The position numbers were made by a program, and so were the translations under genes. 64,000 nt of DNA from Spirochaetia bacterium (GTDB taxonomy: Bacteria > Spirochaetota > Spirochaetia > UBA9216), in contig CAXXYH010000004.1 in assembly GCA_963677925.2 (NCBI GenBank), positions 1,792,001 to 1,856,000 of the forward strand. Direction: 5' to 3'. Position 1 is the stretch's first letter. Every line of letters starts with the position of its first letter. The notes below the pieces were generated by a model. The model worked only from the letters and a program-made list of their open reading frames with translations. It did not search any database and was not told the origin of the DNA. Of the stretch, positions 23,701 to 32,182 are shown one piece after another.

Positions 23701-24720
23701 TTTGAGAATACGGATGAGGAAGTCTCAAATATAATTGAAATTGAGCATACTGTTTCTGGAAGCAGGACGGACAATTTCTATACTGCTTATAATTATAATA
23801 TTGATTTCCGTTCCCTTAAGGGGGAAAGTTCCAGAGTAATAGTCGATAAGGTTCCCGGGCATATGCAACCGGCAGCTTCAATTGCAGCAAAAGAATCAGA
23901 GGTAGTCCCTGTCCGGGAAGAAGTTTCAATTTCTCCTGCTGAACGTGATTTCCTAAAAGATTTGGAATCTGTTATAAAGAAAAATCTCATAGAAGTGGAG
24001 TCTGCGGAGTCTGTTTATTTTAAATCAGGCAGTCCTTCTGATAATAGTATTCAGGAAGAAGACGGTGTTTTCAGGATAAATGAAAGAACTATAGCCAATT
24101 CGGTAGCTAAAGATAACGCATTTAAAGAATTGGTTGATTCCATCATCGGCGGTGAGGAAGCTGTGGAAGAAGAATCTTTATCGATATTTAAAGATAGGGA
24201 AGTGGACCTGTTTGATCTCGGAGTCCCTGCTGAAGAGACGGAAAAAGAAATAGATCAACCTTCCGATTCGCAGCTTTTTAACCCTGAAGGTTTTGATTAC
24301 GATTTTTATCTAAGTAATTTCAGTGCTAATATAACGGGAATATCCAAATCACTATTAAGAATAACTCAGAAAATGGATGCTTTATGTGCAGCAGTTTTTA
24401 CATCCCAGGGTAATAAAATAAAAGTTGAATATTCTGTAGGTATGGATGCAAAGAGCAGAACTCTGATGTTTTTCAAGGACACAGAGCCGTTTTATCTGCA
24501 GATCATTAAAAGGAAGCAGTACGTATTTATTAAAAAGAACACAACCGGAATAGAAGCAATAGATTCCAGGATTAAGAAAGAAGACAGAGTGCATTTTAGC
24601 GGATATCTGTATATACCTGTAAAATTCAGAGAAACTGAAGCATACCTTTTTGTGGGATTAAAAAAGGATAAGGGCAGTATGGAGGAGTATATAAAAATAT
24701 TAAAAGAACAACTTGCTTGA
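20752..24720 (+). CDS. large membrane protein: TM, Cache-like extracytoplasmic domain, TM, very acidic repeat region, GAF-like C-terminal domain
   Basis: Two hydrophobic helices (about aa 7-27 and 290-310); Cache-type motifs MRLIDQNRNIHYSS and FFPVYDNISTLKGAAAFYV; several hundred D/E-rich residues; domain names are inference. Confidence 0.6.
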   Translation: MRSGLKFAVSLLISVILFAGFIVISYSGLFDYIETTFYHSRVKDFKQQESEVLKNNIERYHTLKLESFSVINENNSIARNYLPNISEEDIFSTSNLVSVLKKENPGLLFMRLIDQNRNIHYSSLSQDLKEDSRYKKIYNNFDEESEGILLTEIFDRVSDGPFVRSNPDKALFEYFFPVYDNISTLKGAAAFYVAEKDLYQYLIKVNAVELGRDFNVLTNGYLSGLNITGKNEIKAEIEDKFQHETDDFVIIPVTDVNTELFIFSTRLENGWYSGLAVDSVDFILTRNLKFLLVAAFGITIFLIVFLIFNINQDSDIVINDRIKKLQMSFLQQFVDRKEEIDWAGVQNNIIEKKEIINKQIKKGLGRKASKKDADEIIEKNWEEIISLISEKSIQQPVARPQLENIEEIIKEALSKSNIVISGDNVKLSSAASANTADRAILPTPASDNSKSVKQIEEVEELDFGEEFPSLDDAESEDKSQPVEIEEIQDAEEIEDAEPVFDAESEESAETVDVEDAEELDDLEELEELEELDETDEALTDETVEAQQESQSVEEAEDAEPDFDAEFEESAETVDVEDAEELDDLEELEELEELEELEELDETDEALTDEALEAQQESQSVEEAEDAEPVFDAEPEESAETVDVEDSEELDDLEELEELEELDETDEALTDEALEAQQESQSVEEAEDAEPVFDAEPEESAETVNIEDAEELGDLEELEELEELDETDEALTDEALEAQQESQSVVEAEHAEPVFDAEPEESAETVDIEDAEELGDIQPEILITGPEQVLVFNNRDSIFVEELDNRTELEIDNGSESIGDSLQEKLQVLYPDMNLLKTEPLDLEILFQEENIEGDIGVFDDEELEAENDYDDLSEELADDLEPEELEEISELNDLEVLEEEFSELETTEIRNVPEEVSYSDDAQLEELEELDALEEIVDTDSVDYVHEEYVSEELESLDVEDVTEEELEVELAEVEEQLEDLPAFENTDEEVSNIIEIEHTVSGSRTDNFYTAYNYNIDFRSLKGESSRVIVDKVPGHMQPAASIAAKESEVVPVREEVSISPAERDFLKDLESVIKKNLIEVESAESVYFKSGSPSDNSIQEEDGVFRINERTIANSVAKDNAFKELVDSIIGGEEAVEEESLSIFKDREVDLFDLGVPAEETEKEIDQPSDSQLFNPEGFDYDFYLSNFSANITGISKSLLRITQKMDALCAAVFTSQGNKIKVEYSVGMDAKSRTLMFFKDTEPFYLQIIKRKQYVFIKKNTTGIEAIDSRIKKEDRVHFSGYLYIPVKFRETEAYLFVGLKKDKGSMEEYIKILKEQLA
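22231..23076 (+). repeat. coding tandem repeat, about 4.5 copies of a 186-bp (62-aa) unit with a nested 18-bp subrepeat
   Basis: Unit starts at 22231, 22417, 22621, 22807, 22993 (spacings 186, 204, 186, 186); copy 2 has an extra GAAGAGCTGGAAGAACTC. Confidence 0.95.
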
Positions 24721-24745
24721 CCAATGGAAATTCTTCAAATATAAT
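24717..24745 (+). promoter_or_regulatory. sigma70 promoter for rny-ymdB-tlyA
   Basis: TTGACC(24717-22), 17 nt, TATAAT(24740-45); -35 overlaps the upstream TGA. Confidence 0.8.
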
Positions 24746-24783
24746 TGGTTCAGGTAAGTTTCACTTTAAAATGGAGGAAGATT

Positions 24784-26313
24784 ATGCTTGATATTAAGTT
24801 GATAATCCTTCCTCTCGTTGGAACAGTTCTAGGTTGGACGATTAGATGGCTTTATGCCAGATTTCAGCTGTCCTCCTCAGAGCAGAAGGCTGCGCGGTTA
24901 AACCAGGATGCTTTGAAAGAAGCGGAAGCAAAAAAGCGCGAGCTGCTGCTTGAGACTAAGGATCAGCTTCTTAAAGAAAGAGCTCAGCAGGAAAAAGAGC
25001 TCAGAGAAAGAAGAAATGAAATACAAAGACTTGAGAGAAGGTCGTTACAGAAAGAAGAAAATCTAGACAAAAAATCCGCGTCCCTGGAAAATCAGGAACG
25101 TGCGATTAGTGTACGAGAGGATAAGTTAAAAGAAAAAGAAAGAGTTTTATCAGAAGAAGAAATACGATGGAAGGCTGAACTTGAGAAAATAGCCGGAATC
25201 TCTACCGAGGAAGCCAAGGATTTAATTATAAAATCCATGGAAGATGAAGCACGCAAAGATGCTGTAGTTCTAATCAATAAGGTTGAACAGGAAGCACAGA
25301 AAAATGCAGAGAAAAAGGCCAGAGATATTGTTGTCAGTACTATTCAGCGTATTGCTACTGAAGTCAGCTCTGATGTAACTATTACATCTGTAAGTCTGCC
25401 GAATGATGAGATGAAAGGCCGAATTATTGGTCGTGAAGGTCGGAATATCAGATCACTTGAAACTCTTACCGGCGTAGATATCATTATTGATGATACACCC
25501 GAGGCTGTAGTTATATCATGTTTTGATCCGGTAAGAAAGGAGATAGCCAGAACAGCACTTGAGAGACTCATCTCTGATGGGCGAATCCACCCAGCCAGAA
25601 TAGAAGAAGTTGTTCACAAGGTTACAAAAGAGATTAACCAGACCATTATTGAAGAAGGTGAGAAGGTTGTTTTTGATTTAGGTCTTCACAATATTCACCA
25701 GGAAGGGATCCGGGCTCTAGGAAGATTGAAATACAGAACAAGTTATACACAGAATGTTCTTGATCATTCCAAAGAGGTTGCAGTTATAGCCGGGATGATT
25801 GCTTCAGAAGTCGGAGCGGATGTAGAAATCGCTAAAAGAGGTGCACTTCTCCATGATATTGGAAAGGGGATTGAGAGTGAAGGTGATGAAAATCATGCAG
25901 AACTCGGTGCAAGTCTTGCCAAGAAAATGGGTGAAGATCCGCGCGTAATAAATGCAATTATATCTCATCATAACGATGTTGAACCGACTACTATTGAGGC
26001 TATTATTGTTCAGGTAGCAGATGCGATTTCGGCATCAAGACCTGGAGCAAGAAGAGAAACTCTTAATAATTATATTAAGAGACTTGAAAACCTTGAGAAT
26101 ATTGCTGAGGGATTCGGCGGTGTAACTAAAGCTTTTGCCATTCAGGCAGGAAGAGAACTAAGAATCATGGTTAACAATGAATCTGTGACTGATGATGATT
26201 CTAAACTATTGGCAAAGGATATTGCCAAAAAGATTGAAGATGAATTGCGTTATCCGGGCAGAATTAAGGTAACTATTATCAGGGAGACAAGAGTTACTGA
26301 ATATGCCAGATAG
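24784..26313 (+). CDS. rny: ribonuclease Y
   Basis: N-terminal TM, coiled coil, KH (KGRIIGREGRNIR), HD (LLHDIGK); ATG 24784 after GGAGG. Confidence 0.97.
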   Translation: MLDIKLIILPLVGTVLGWTIRWLYARFQLSSSEQKAARLNQDALKEAEAKKRELLLETKDQLLKERAQQEKELRERRNEIQRLERRSLQKEENLDKKSASLENQERAISVREDKLKEKERVLSEEEIRWKAELEKIAGISTEEAKDLIIKSMEDEARKDAVVLINKVEQEAQKNAEKKARDIVVSTIQRIATEVSSDVTITSVSLPNDEMKGRIIGREGRNIRSLETLTGVDIIIDDTPEAVVISCFDPVRKEIARTALERLISDGRIHPARIEEVVHKVTKEINQTIIEEGEKVVFDLGLHNIHQEGIRALGRLKYRTSYTQNVLDHSKEVAVIAGMIASEVGADVEIAKRGALLHDIGKGIESEGDENHAELGASLAKKMGEDPRVINAIISHHNDVEPTTIEAIIVQVADAISASRPGARRETLNNYIKRLENLENIAEGFGGVTKAFAIQAGRELRIMVNNESVTDDDSKLLAKDIAKKIEDELRYPGRIKVTIIRETRVTEYAR

Positions 26314-26334
26314 GCAACCAGGGAATTTTAATTA

Positions 26335-27126
26335 ATGTCTGATACAGTAAATGCTCTGCTGCTTGGTGATGTCATAGGACAACCGGGCTGCAGAGCAGTT
26401 TTTATAGGTCTTAAAACTCTAATTGGAAAAACCAGAGCTGATGTTGTCATAGCGAACGGTGAGAATGCGGCCGATGGATTTGGTATTACTCCTGAAAATA
26501 CAGAAATGCTCTTTTCTGCCGGAGTTGATGTGATCACGACTGGTAATCATGTGTGGCAGAAAAAAGAAATCCTTCCTCTTCTTGACAGGAGGGATGAACT
26601 TTTAAGGCCTGCAAACTACCCTTCAGGGACACCAGGGCATGGTTCATGTGTTATTTCAAAAAAGGGTGTAAAAATCGGTGTGATTAACCTTCAGGGCCGG
26701 GTGGATATGGGGAATCTTGATTGTCCGTTCCGAACAGCGAAGGAGCTCGTAAGAAAAGTCTCTCAGGAGACAAAGATTATTATTGTAGATTTTCATGCTG
26801 AAAATGTTGAAGAGAAAGAGGCCTTAGGGCTGTATCTTGATGGTTCTGTTAGCTCTGTAACCGGGACTCATACACATATTCAGACTGCTGATGAACGAAT
26901 ACTGGTCGGCGGTACAGCCTATATGTCTGATATAGGTATGACAGGTCCGGGACACAGCGTTATAGGTTCAAATATTGAAACAGCTGTTAAAAGACAGCTT
27001 ACTCAAATGCCTTTCAAAATGGAAATAGAGGATGTTCCTGCAGCAATAAATGGAGTGCTCATTACGATCGACAGCAGTACCGGAAAGGCCACAGCTGTAC
27101 GGCGGATCAATGAAAAATCCTTCTAA
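26335..27126 (+). CDS. ymdB: YmdB-family metallophosphoesterase
   Basis: GDVIG, NGENAA, TGNH, DFHAE, GTHTH; classic position after rny. Confidence 0.92.
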   Translation: MSDTVNALLLGDVIGQPGCRAVFIGLKTLIGKTRADVVIANGENAADGFGITPENTEMLFSAGVDVITTGNHVWQKKEILPLLDRRDELLRPANYPSGTPGHGSCVISKKGVKIGVINLQGRVDMGNLDCPFRTAKELVRKVSQETKIIIVDFHAENVEEKEALGLYLDGSVSSVTGTHTHIQTADERILVGGTAYMSDIGMTGPGHSVIGSNIETAVKRQLTQMPFKMEIEDVPAAINGVLITIDSSTGKATAVRRINEKSF

Positions 27127-27895
27127 ACCGCTTATATCTATTCTTCAGTTAAAATATCCTGAAATCTCTGAAAAGGAGTTGTATTCAATGGTTCTGTGCG
27201 GAGAAGTCTCTGTTAACGGTGAAACTGTCAGAGAACACAGGAGATTGATACGTTCCGATTCTGAAATTAAACTTAAAATGAAGAAATGGGTGTCCAGGGC
27301 TGGTGAAAAGCTGGATTTTGCCTTAACGAAATGGGGTATTGCTGTGGGGGAAAAGACTGTTCTGGATGCAGGCTCTTCAACCGGCGGATTTACTGATTGT
27401 CTGCTTCAGCATGGGGCTTCGCTTGTTTATGCTGTTGATGTTGGTTACAATCAGCTTGCATACACCCTTAGACAGGATAAACGGGTCGTGGTTATGGAAA
27501 AAACCAATATCATGTCTGTTGAAAATCTTTCGCCCGCTGCAGATTTTGCTGTTGCAGATTTATCTTTCAGATCTATTTCCGGCGCAGCAGGGCATATTCT
27601 TTCAAATACTCGTGAAGATTTACTCATTGCACTTATTAAACCGCAATTTGAATATAAAGGTAGTATTGATTTCAACGGTATAATTACAGACAGAAAAGTC
27701 CTGAAAGAAATAATCATTGAAACCGCCGAAGTTTTGACAGCAGAGAAAGTTTATATTTCAGAAATGCTTGAATCCCCAGTCAGGGGGACTAAAGGAAATA
27801 CAGAATTTCTATTCCGGCTGGGTAAAAAAAAGCCGGAATCAAAATCAGCTTATGACTCCGGTCTTTTTCATATGATTGAAAAACTATTTAAATAA
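27110..27895 (+). CDS. tlyA: TlyA-family rRNA 2'-O-methyltransferase
   Basis: S4-like N-terminus, VSRAGEKL, LDAGSSTGGFTDCLLQHGA, VDVG, LIKPQFE, GTKGNTEF. Confidence 0.93.
   Translation: MKNPSKPLISILQLKYPEISEKELYSMVLCGEVSVNGETVREHRRLIRSDSEIKLKMKKWVSRAGEKLDFALTKWGIAVGEKTVLDAGSSTGGFTDCLLQHGASLVYAVDVGYNQLAYTLRQDKRVVVMEKTNIMSVENLSPAADFAVADLSFRSISGAAGHILSNTREDLLIALIKPQFEYKGSIDFNGIITDRKVLKEIIIETAEVLTAEKVYISEMLESPVRGTKGNTEFLFRLGKKKPESKSAYDSGLFHMIEKLFK
27824..27868 (-). terminator. possible terminator for the GerMN gene, inside the tlyA 3' end
   Basis: A8-G-CCGGA-a-TCA...TGA-c-TCCGG-t-C-T5 imperfect inverted repeat with A/T tracts on both sides. Confidence 0.35.
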
Positions 27896-27901
27896 TTCTA
27901 A

Positions 27902-28687
27902 TTATTCAAAATCATCTCTGTTCAGAGGAGCACCTATATATACCCCTTCAGGACCCATGTAGTCTGCTTTCTTTCCTTCAATCAGAAACTGTACAGAATC
28001 AACATTTGAAAATTCAGTAGTTGTGAAAACTATCTGTTTCAGCTGTGCATTATAGCCTTCAACTCCAAAAGCATTGAAGCGGAAACTCTCAGAAAAATTA
28101 AGGAATGCAGTTCCATTACTAATGCTGATAGAAAGCAGCTGTGTCTGTTCAGGGATAAGGGATATAAGGCCCATATTGAGCTCTGAAGTGGATAAGCCCT
28201 GAAGAAGTGTTTTGATAGTTTCGGTAAGGGGCGAATCTATGTAATATACGGGCCTGACAATTTTTTTCATCTGAATACCGCCGTCATCGGCTATTTCAAT
28301 AAAATACAGATTAGAACGTCTAATTTTCTTTGGTATTTCAGGAGCCTGTGTTTGCGGTGCTGTGATTTCAGGAATTGTTTCAGGTTCACTGATTTCAATT
28401 TCTACGGTCTTTTCCGGTAAATTTTCAGGCTTAGTGTCTGAGATTTCAGTTTCAGGAACGGTCTTAACCACTTCCGGGGTGGGGGTGGTTGATTCAGATT
28501 CCTGCGTTTTATTTATTGTGACTTCCGGTTCACCTTTTTCCTGCTTGATGAAGTCAATGAAGTCAGTATCTTCAAGAACATTTTGGATTGTTGCCCTGTT
28601 GAAAAGGAAAATGACCAGAATGAGAAGAATTAAAGCTATCCAGAAAAGACAGCCGATTGATGATTTATTTTTATTAGTTCGAGCCAT
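27902..28687 (-). CDS. membrane-anchored GerMN-domain protein
   Basis: N-terminal TM, P/E/T-rich linker, LISLIPEQTQLLSI...AFLNFSESF...QIVFTTTEFSNVDSVQFLIEG. Confidence 0.85.
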   Translation of the reverse strand: MARTNKNKSSIGCLFWIALILLILVIFLFNRATIQNVLEDTDFIDFIKQEKGEPEVTINKTQESESTTPTPEVVKTVPETEISDTKPENLPEKTVEIEISEPETIPEITAPQTQAPEIPKKIRRSNLYFIEIADDGGIQMKKIVRPVYYIDSPLTETIKTLLQGLSTSELNMGLISLIPEQTQLLSISISNGTAFLNFSESFRFNAFGVEGYNAQLKQIVFTTTEFSNVDSVQFLIEGKKADYMGPEGVYIGAPLNRDDFE

Positions 28688-28697
28688 ACTATGCTGA

Positions 28698-28724
28698 TTA
28701 TCGGCATGTGATTGGGCTTTATAA
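28698..28724 (-). promoter_or_regulatory. sigma28-like promoter candidate for the GerMN gene
   Basis: Minus strand TTATAAAG...GCCGATAA (28705-28698), 10 nt before ATG. Confidence 0.45.
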
Positions 28725-28759
28725 GTGAATTCACTTTATGATTAATTTAAGTATGTTGT

Positions 28760-28788
28760 TTGACGGGGCGATCAAAATGATTTATATT
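28760..28788 (+). promoter_or_regulatory. sigma70 promoter for ptsI-der
   Basis: TTGACG(28760-65), 17 nt, TATATT(28783-88). Confidence 0.65.
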
Positions 28789-28797
28789 TATTTTATA

Positions 28798-30543
28798 ATG
28801 AAAATTTTGAAGGGTATTCCCGCATCACAAGGAATTGTAATCGGAAGAGTTTTTTTCTACCTTGATGAAAACTTAAGGGTTCCTGAATATACCATCAGCA
28901 AAAAAGATATTGCAACTGAAGAAAAACGCTATTTGGATGCTGTTGCTAGAACTAAGTCAGATCTTCTTCAATTAAAAAGTGAAGTCGATTCCGGCACCGC
29001 CACCAGTGAAATCCAGTTTATAGATGCACATATCCTGATGTTAGAGGATCCAGAGCTAACCGGACAGATAAAGAAAAAAATTAATGATAAGCTCCACAAT
29101 GCTGAATGGGCATTGTATGAAACATTTAAGGATTATATAGAAATTTTAAAAAGTTCTTCGGATGAATACCTCAGAGAGCGTACTTTTGATATTCGGGATG
29201 TAGCAAAGAGAATTCTCGACAATCTGCTCTATAAGGAAAGAATTAATCTTAAAAATCTTAATGAAGAAGTAATTGTTGTCGCTCATGAACTCCTTCCTTC
29301 AGACACTCTTTCCATGAATAAAAGAATGGTTAGGGGTATTGCTACTGATACAGGCGGTAAAACATCGCATACTGCTATTCTGTCAAGAGCCTTTGAAATT
29401 CCTGCAGTTCTTGGTCTTTCAAATATTACAGCTGAAGTCAGAAACGGAGAGCAGATTATACTGGACGGAACCACCGGTGATGTTATTGTCAGACCTGATG
29501 ATGACATGCTGAAGCTTTACAGAATGAAACTTCAGCAATGGCAGCGCAAGGAAGTTGAACTGCTCAACCTAAACCGGCTTCCAGCTGAAACTAAGGATGG
29601 AAAACGGATAATGCTGACTGCCAACATCGAAATACCTGAGGAAACTGAGTCTGTAAAGGCTCACGGTGCAGATGGTATCGGCCTGTACCGTTCAGAGTTT
29701 TTCTTTATGCAGCCGGGAATTATACCATCCGAGGATGAACAGTATCAGGCTTATAAACGTGTCCTGACTTCCATGGGAAATTTACCGGTAACTATCCGTA
29801 CAATCGATCTTGGCGGAGATAAGCTTCTTCCTGGAATTTCTACCTCGGATGAGGCCAATCCAATTCTCGGCTGGAGATCTATACGATTCTGTATGTCCAG
29901 AAAGGATATATTCCGGACTCAGCTGAGGGCTCTTCTGCGTGCTTCTGTACATGGGAATCTAAGGATAATGTTTCCGATGATTTCAGGTGCTGAAGAGCTT
30001 GACCGGGTGCTTGAATTTTTTTCCGAAGTTCAGGCCGAATGCTCAGCAGATAAAATTAAATACAATAAAGATATTCAGCTTGGTATAATGATAGAAGTCC
30101 CGTCAGCCGCGCTTACTGCTGATATTCTTGCACGAAAAGTACAATTCTTCTCTATTGGAACAAATGACCTTCTGCAGTATACTATCGCAGTTGACAGGGG
30201 GAATGAAAAGATTGCGTATCTGTACGAACCGTTTCATCCCGGCGTGCTCAGACTGCTGAGGATGATTATTGAAGGTGCTCATTCACAGAGCATCCCTGTT
30301 GCAATGTGCGGAGAAATGGCAGGAGATCCCTATGCTGCTGTCATTCTTCTGGGGTTAGGTCTGGATGTTTTCAGTATGAGTTCATTCAGTATTCCCGAAA
30401 TTAAAAGCATAATCCGTACTGTATCAATGTCCCAGGCGGAAGAGCTTGTAGGAACCATTTTTGAAATGAAATCCTACAGGGAAATTGACAGATTTGTAAG
30501 AGGGTGGATGGATGACAGGTTTAAATTCCTTAAACAGCAATAA
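28798..30543 (+). CDS. ptsI: PTS enzyme I (phosphoenolpyruvate-protein phosphotransferase)
   Basis: GGKTSHTAIL phospho-His motif, GIGLYRSEF, FSIGTNDL, MCGEMAG; no GAF domain; start moved to ATG 28798. Confidence 0.95.
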   Translation: MKILKGIPASQGIVIGRVFFYLDENLRVPEYTISKKDIATEEKRYLDAVARTKSDLLQLKSEVDSGTATSEIQFIDAHILMLEDPELTGQIKKKINDKLHNAEWALYETFKDYIEILKSSSDEYLRERTFDIRDVAKRILDNLLYKERINLKNLNEEVIVVAHELLPSDTLSMNKRMVRGIATDTGGKTSHTAILSRAFEIPAVLGLSNITAEVRNGEQIILDGTTGDVIVRPDDDMLKLYRMKLQQWQRKEVELLNLNRLPAETKDGKRIMLTANIEIPEETESVKAHGADGIGLYRSEFFFMQPGIIPSEDEQYQAYKRVLTSMGNLPVTIRTIDLGGDKLLPGISTSDEANPILGWRSIRFCMSRKDIFRTQLRALLRASVHGNLRIMFPMISGAEELDRVLEFFSEVQAECSADKIKYNKDIQLGIMIEVPSAALTADILARKVQFFSIGTNDLLQYTIAVDRGNEKIAYLYEPFHPGVLRLLRMIIEGAHSQSIPVAMCGEMAGDPYAAVILLGLGLDVFSMSSFSIPEIKSIIRTVSMSQAEELVGTIFEMKSYREIDRFVRGWMDDRFKFLKQQ

Positions 30544-31849
30544 TATACCGCTGGTAGCTATTGCCGGCAGGCCGAATGTAGGCAAATCAACTTTATTTAA
30601 TAGAATTATCGGAAAGAGGAAGGCTATAACAGATCCGGTTCCGGGTGTTACACGTGATCCTGTTGAAGAAATTTGTGTAATCGGCGACACTAAAATAAGA
30701 CTTACAGATACCGGCGGGTATAAACTCGATCAGGAGGCTCTCGATGATCTTGTTGTTTCAAGAGCTCTTGAAGTAATTGATGCGGCAGATCTTGTTCTTC
30801 TGGTTCTCGATATAAAGGAAACAACGCCGGAGGATGAGATCCTGATTGAAGCACTGCGTCCATATACTGAAAAAATTCTTCTTGTTGTCAACAAGGTTGA
30901 CGGCCCCGAGAAAATGAATGAAATATGGAATTTTTATTCATATGGTTTTGAAAATATCTATCCAATCTCCGCTACTCACGGAATTGGTATTGGAGACCTG
31001 CTCGAAGTGGCCGAAGCCCGTGTAAAGGGAATTGCAGGCAGTTCCGAGTTTATCGAAGAAGATGCGGATATTCGGATTTCAATTCTTGGAAAACCGAATA
31101 CCGGAAAATCAACCCTTATCAACAGCCTTACAGGCAAGAAACATTCAATAGTTTCCGACATTCCAGGTACCACAAGAGATATTGTCGAAGGTCAGTTCGT
31201 CTATAAAGATAATAGGTTCAGAATACTTGATACAGCCGGCATCAGAAGAAAGAAGAAGGTTACTGAAGACGTTGAATATTATTCCGTTAACCGTGCAATC
31301 AAAAGCATTGATTTATCAGATATAATTCTATTGATGATGGATGCTGAAGAAGGCCTGACTGATCAGGATAAAAAGATTGCAGGTCTGGCTGTTCGCAAGG
31401 GTAAGGGTATCATTCTTGTTCTTAATAAGTGGGATCTAATGAAAGACGTCCCCAATGCCTTTGAGGCGGTTGCTGACAGGGTTAGGTTCCTTTTCCCGGT
31501 GCTATCCTTTGCTCCGATAGTTCCACTGTCTGCATTAAAATCGGAAGGAGTTAACGTTCTTCTGGATAATGTGCTTAAAGTCTGGTGGCAGCTTAACCGC
31601 AGAGTTGAAACATCGGCACTGAATGCTCATCTTAAAGACTGGGTTGAGGAAAATGAGCCTCCAAGAACCAAGACCGGCCGGTTCAAGATTAAATACATTA
31701 CCCAGGTCAGTGCAAATCCGCATCACTTTATTGCCTTTGTAAACAGAAATAAGAATTTTCCGGAATTCTATGCCAGATATCTTATGAGAATGATAAGGCA
31801 GGATTTTGGACTTAATTTAATACCTCTGACCCTAGATTTCAGGGAGTAG
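30512..31849 (+). CDS. der: ribosome biogenesis GTPase Der (EngA)
   Basis: Two G domains: GRPNVGKS/DTGG/NKVD and GKPNTGKS/DTAG/NKWD. Confidence 0.97.
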   Translation: MTGLNSLNSNNIPLVAIAGRPNVGKSTLFNRIIGKRKAITDPVPGVTRDPVEEICVIGDTKIRLTDTGGYKLDQEALDDLVVSRALEVIDAADLVLLVLDIKETTPEDEILIEALRPYTEKILLVVNKVDGPEKMNEIWNFYSYGFENIYPISATHGIGIGDLLEVAEARVKGIAGSSEFIEEDADIRISILGKPNTGKSTLINSLTGKKHSIVSDIPGTTRDIVEGQFVYKDNRFRILDTAGIRRKKKVTEDVEYYSVNRAIKSIDLSDIILLMMDAEEGLTDQDKKIAGLAVRKGKGIILVLNKWDLMKDVPNAFEAVADRVRFLFPVLSFAPIVPLSALKSEGVNVLLDNVLKVWWQLNRRVETSALNAHLKDWVEENEPPRTKTGRFKIKYITQVSANPHHFIAFVNRNKNFPEFYARYLMRMIRQDFGLNLIPLTLDFRE

Positions 31850-31861
31850 GACCTTAAGTGC

Positions 31862-32182
31862 ATGGAATCGTATTCAATCGGGGAAGTCTGCCGGCTGCTT
31901 AATGTTAAACCGCATGTGCTCAGATACTGGGAGCAGGAATTTTCCCTGCTCTCCCCGAGAAAAGATTTTAACGGTCAGAGGAAATATACTTCCAATGATC
32001 TGAACACTCTCTATCGGATAAGGCACCTTCTTTACGAGGAAAAGTATACTATAGAGGGCGCCCGAAACCGTATCTGGAAGGATGTTTCGTCCGGTAATGC
32101 CGATCTGCGGGCTGCAATTAATTCCATGAGACAGTCACTTGTAAGTCTTTCACTAAAAGTTGAAAAATCATCCGAATCCTGA
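31862..32182 (+). CDS. short MerR-family HTH protein
   Basis: YSIGEVCRLLNVKPHVLRYWEQEF, GQRKYT, LLYEEKYTIEGA. Confidence 0.9.
   Translation: MESYSIGEVCRLLNVKPHVLRYWEQEFSLLSPRKDFNGQRKYTSNDLNTLYRIRHLLYEEKYTIEGARNRIWKDVSSGNADLRAAINSMRQSLVSLSLKVEKSSES

Noticed and set aside
28738-28797. Upstream ATGs for ptsI
   Set aside because: They lie within or before the predicted promoter; enzyme I similarity begins at MKILKGIPAS
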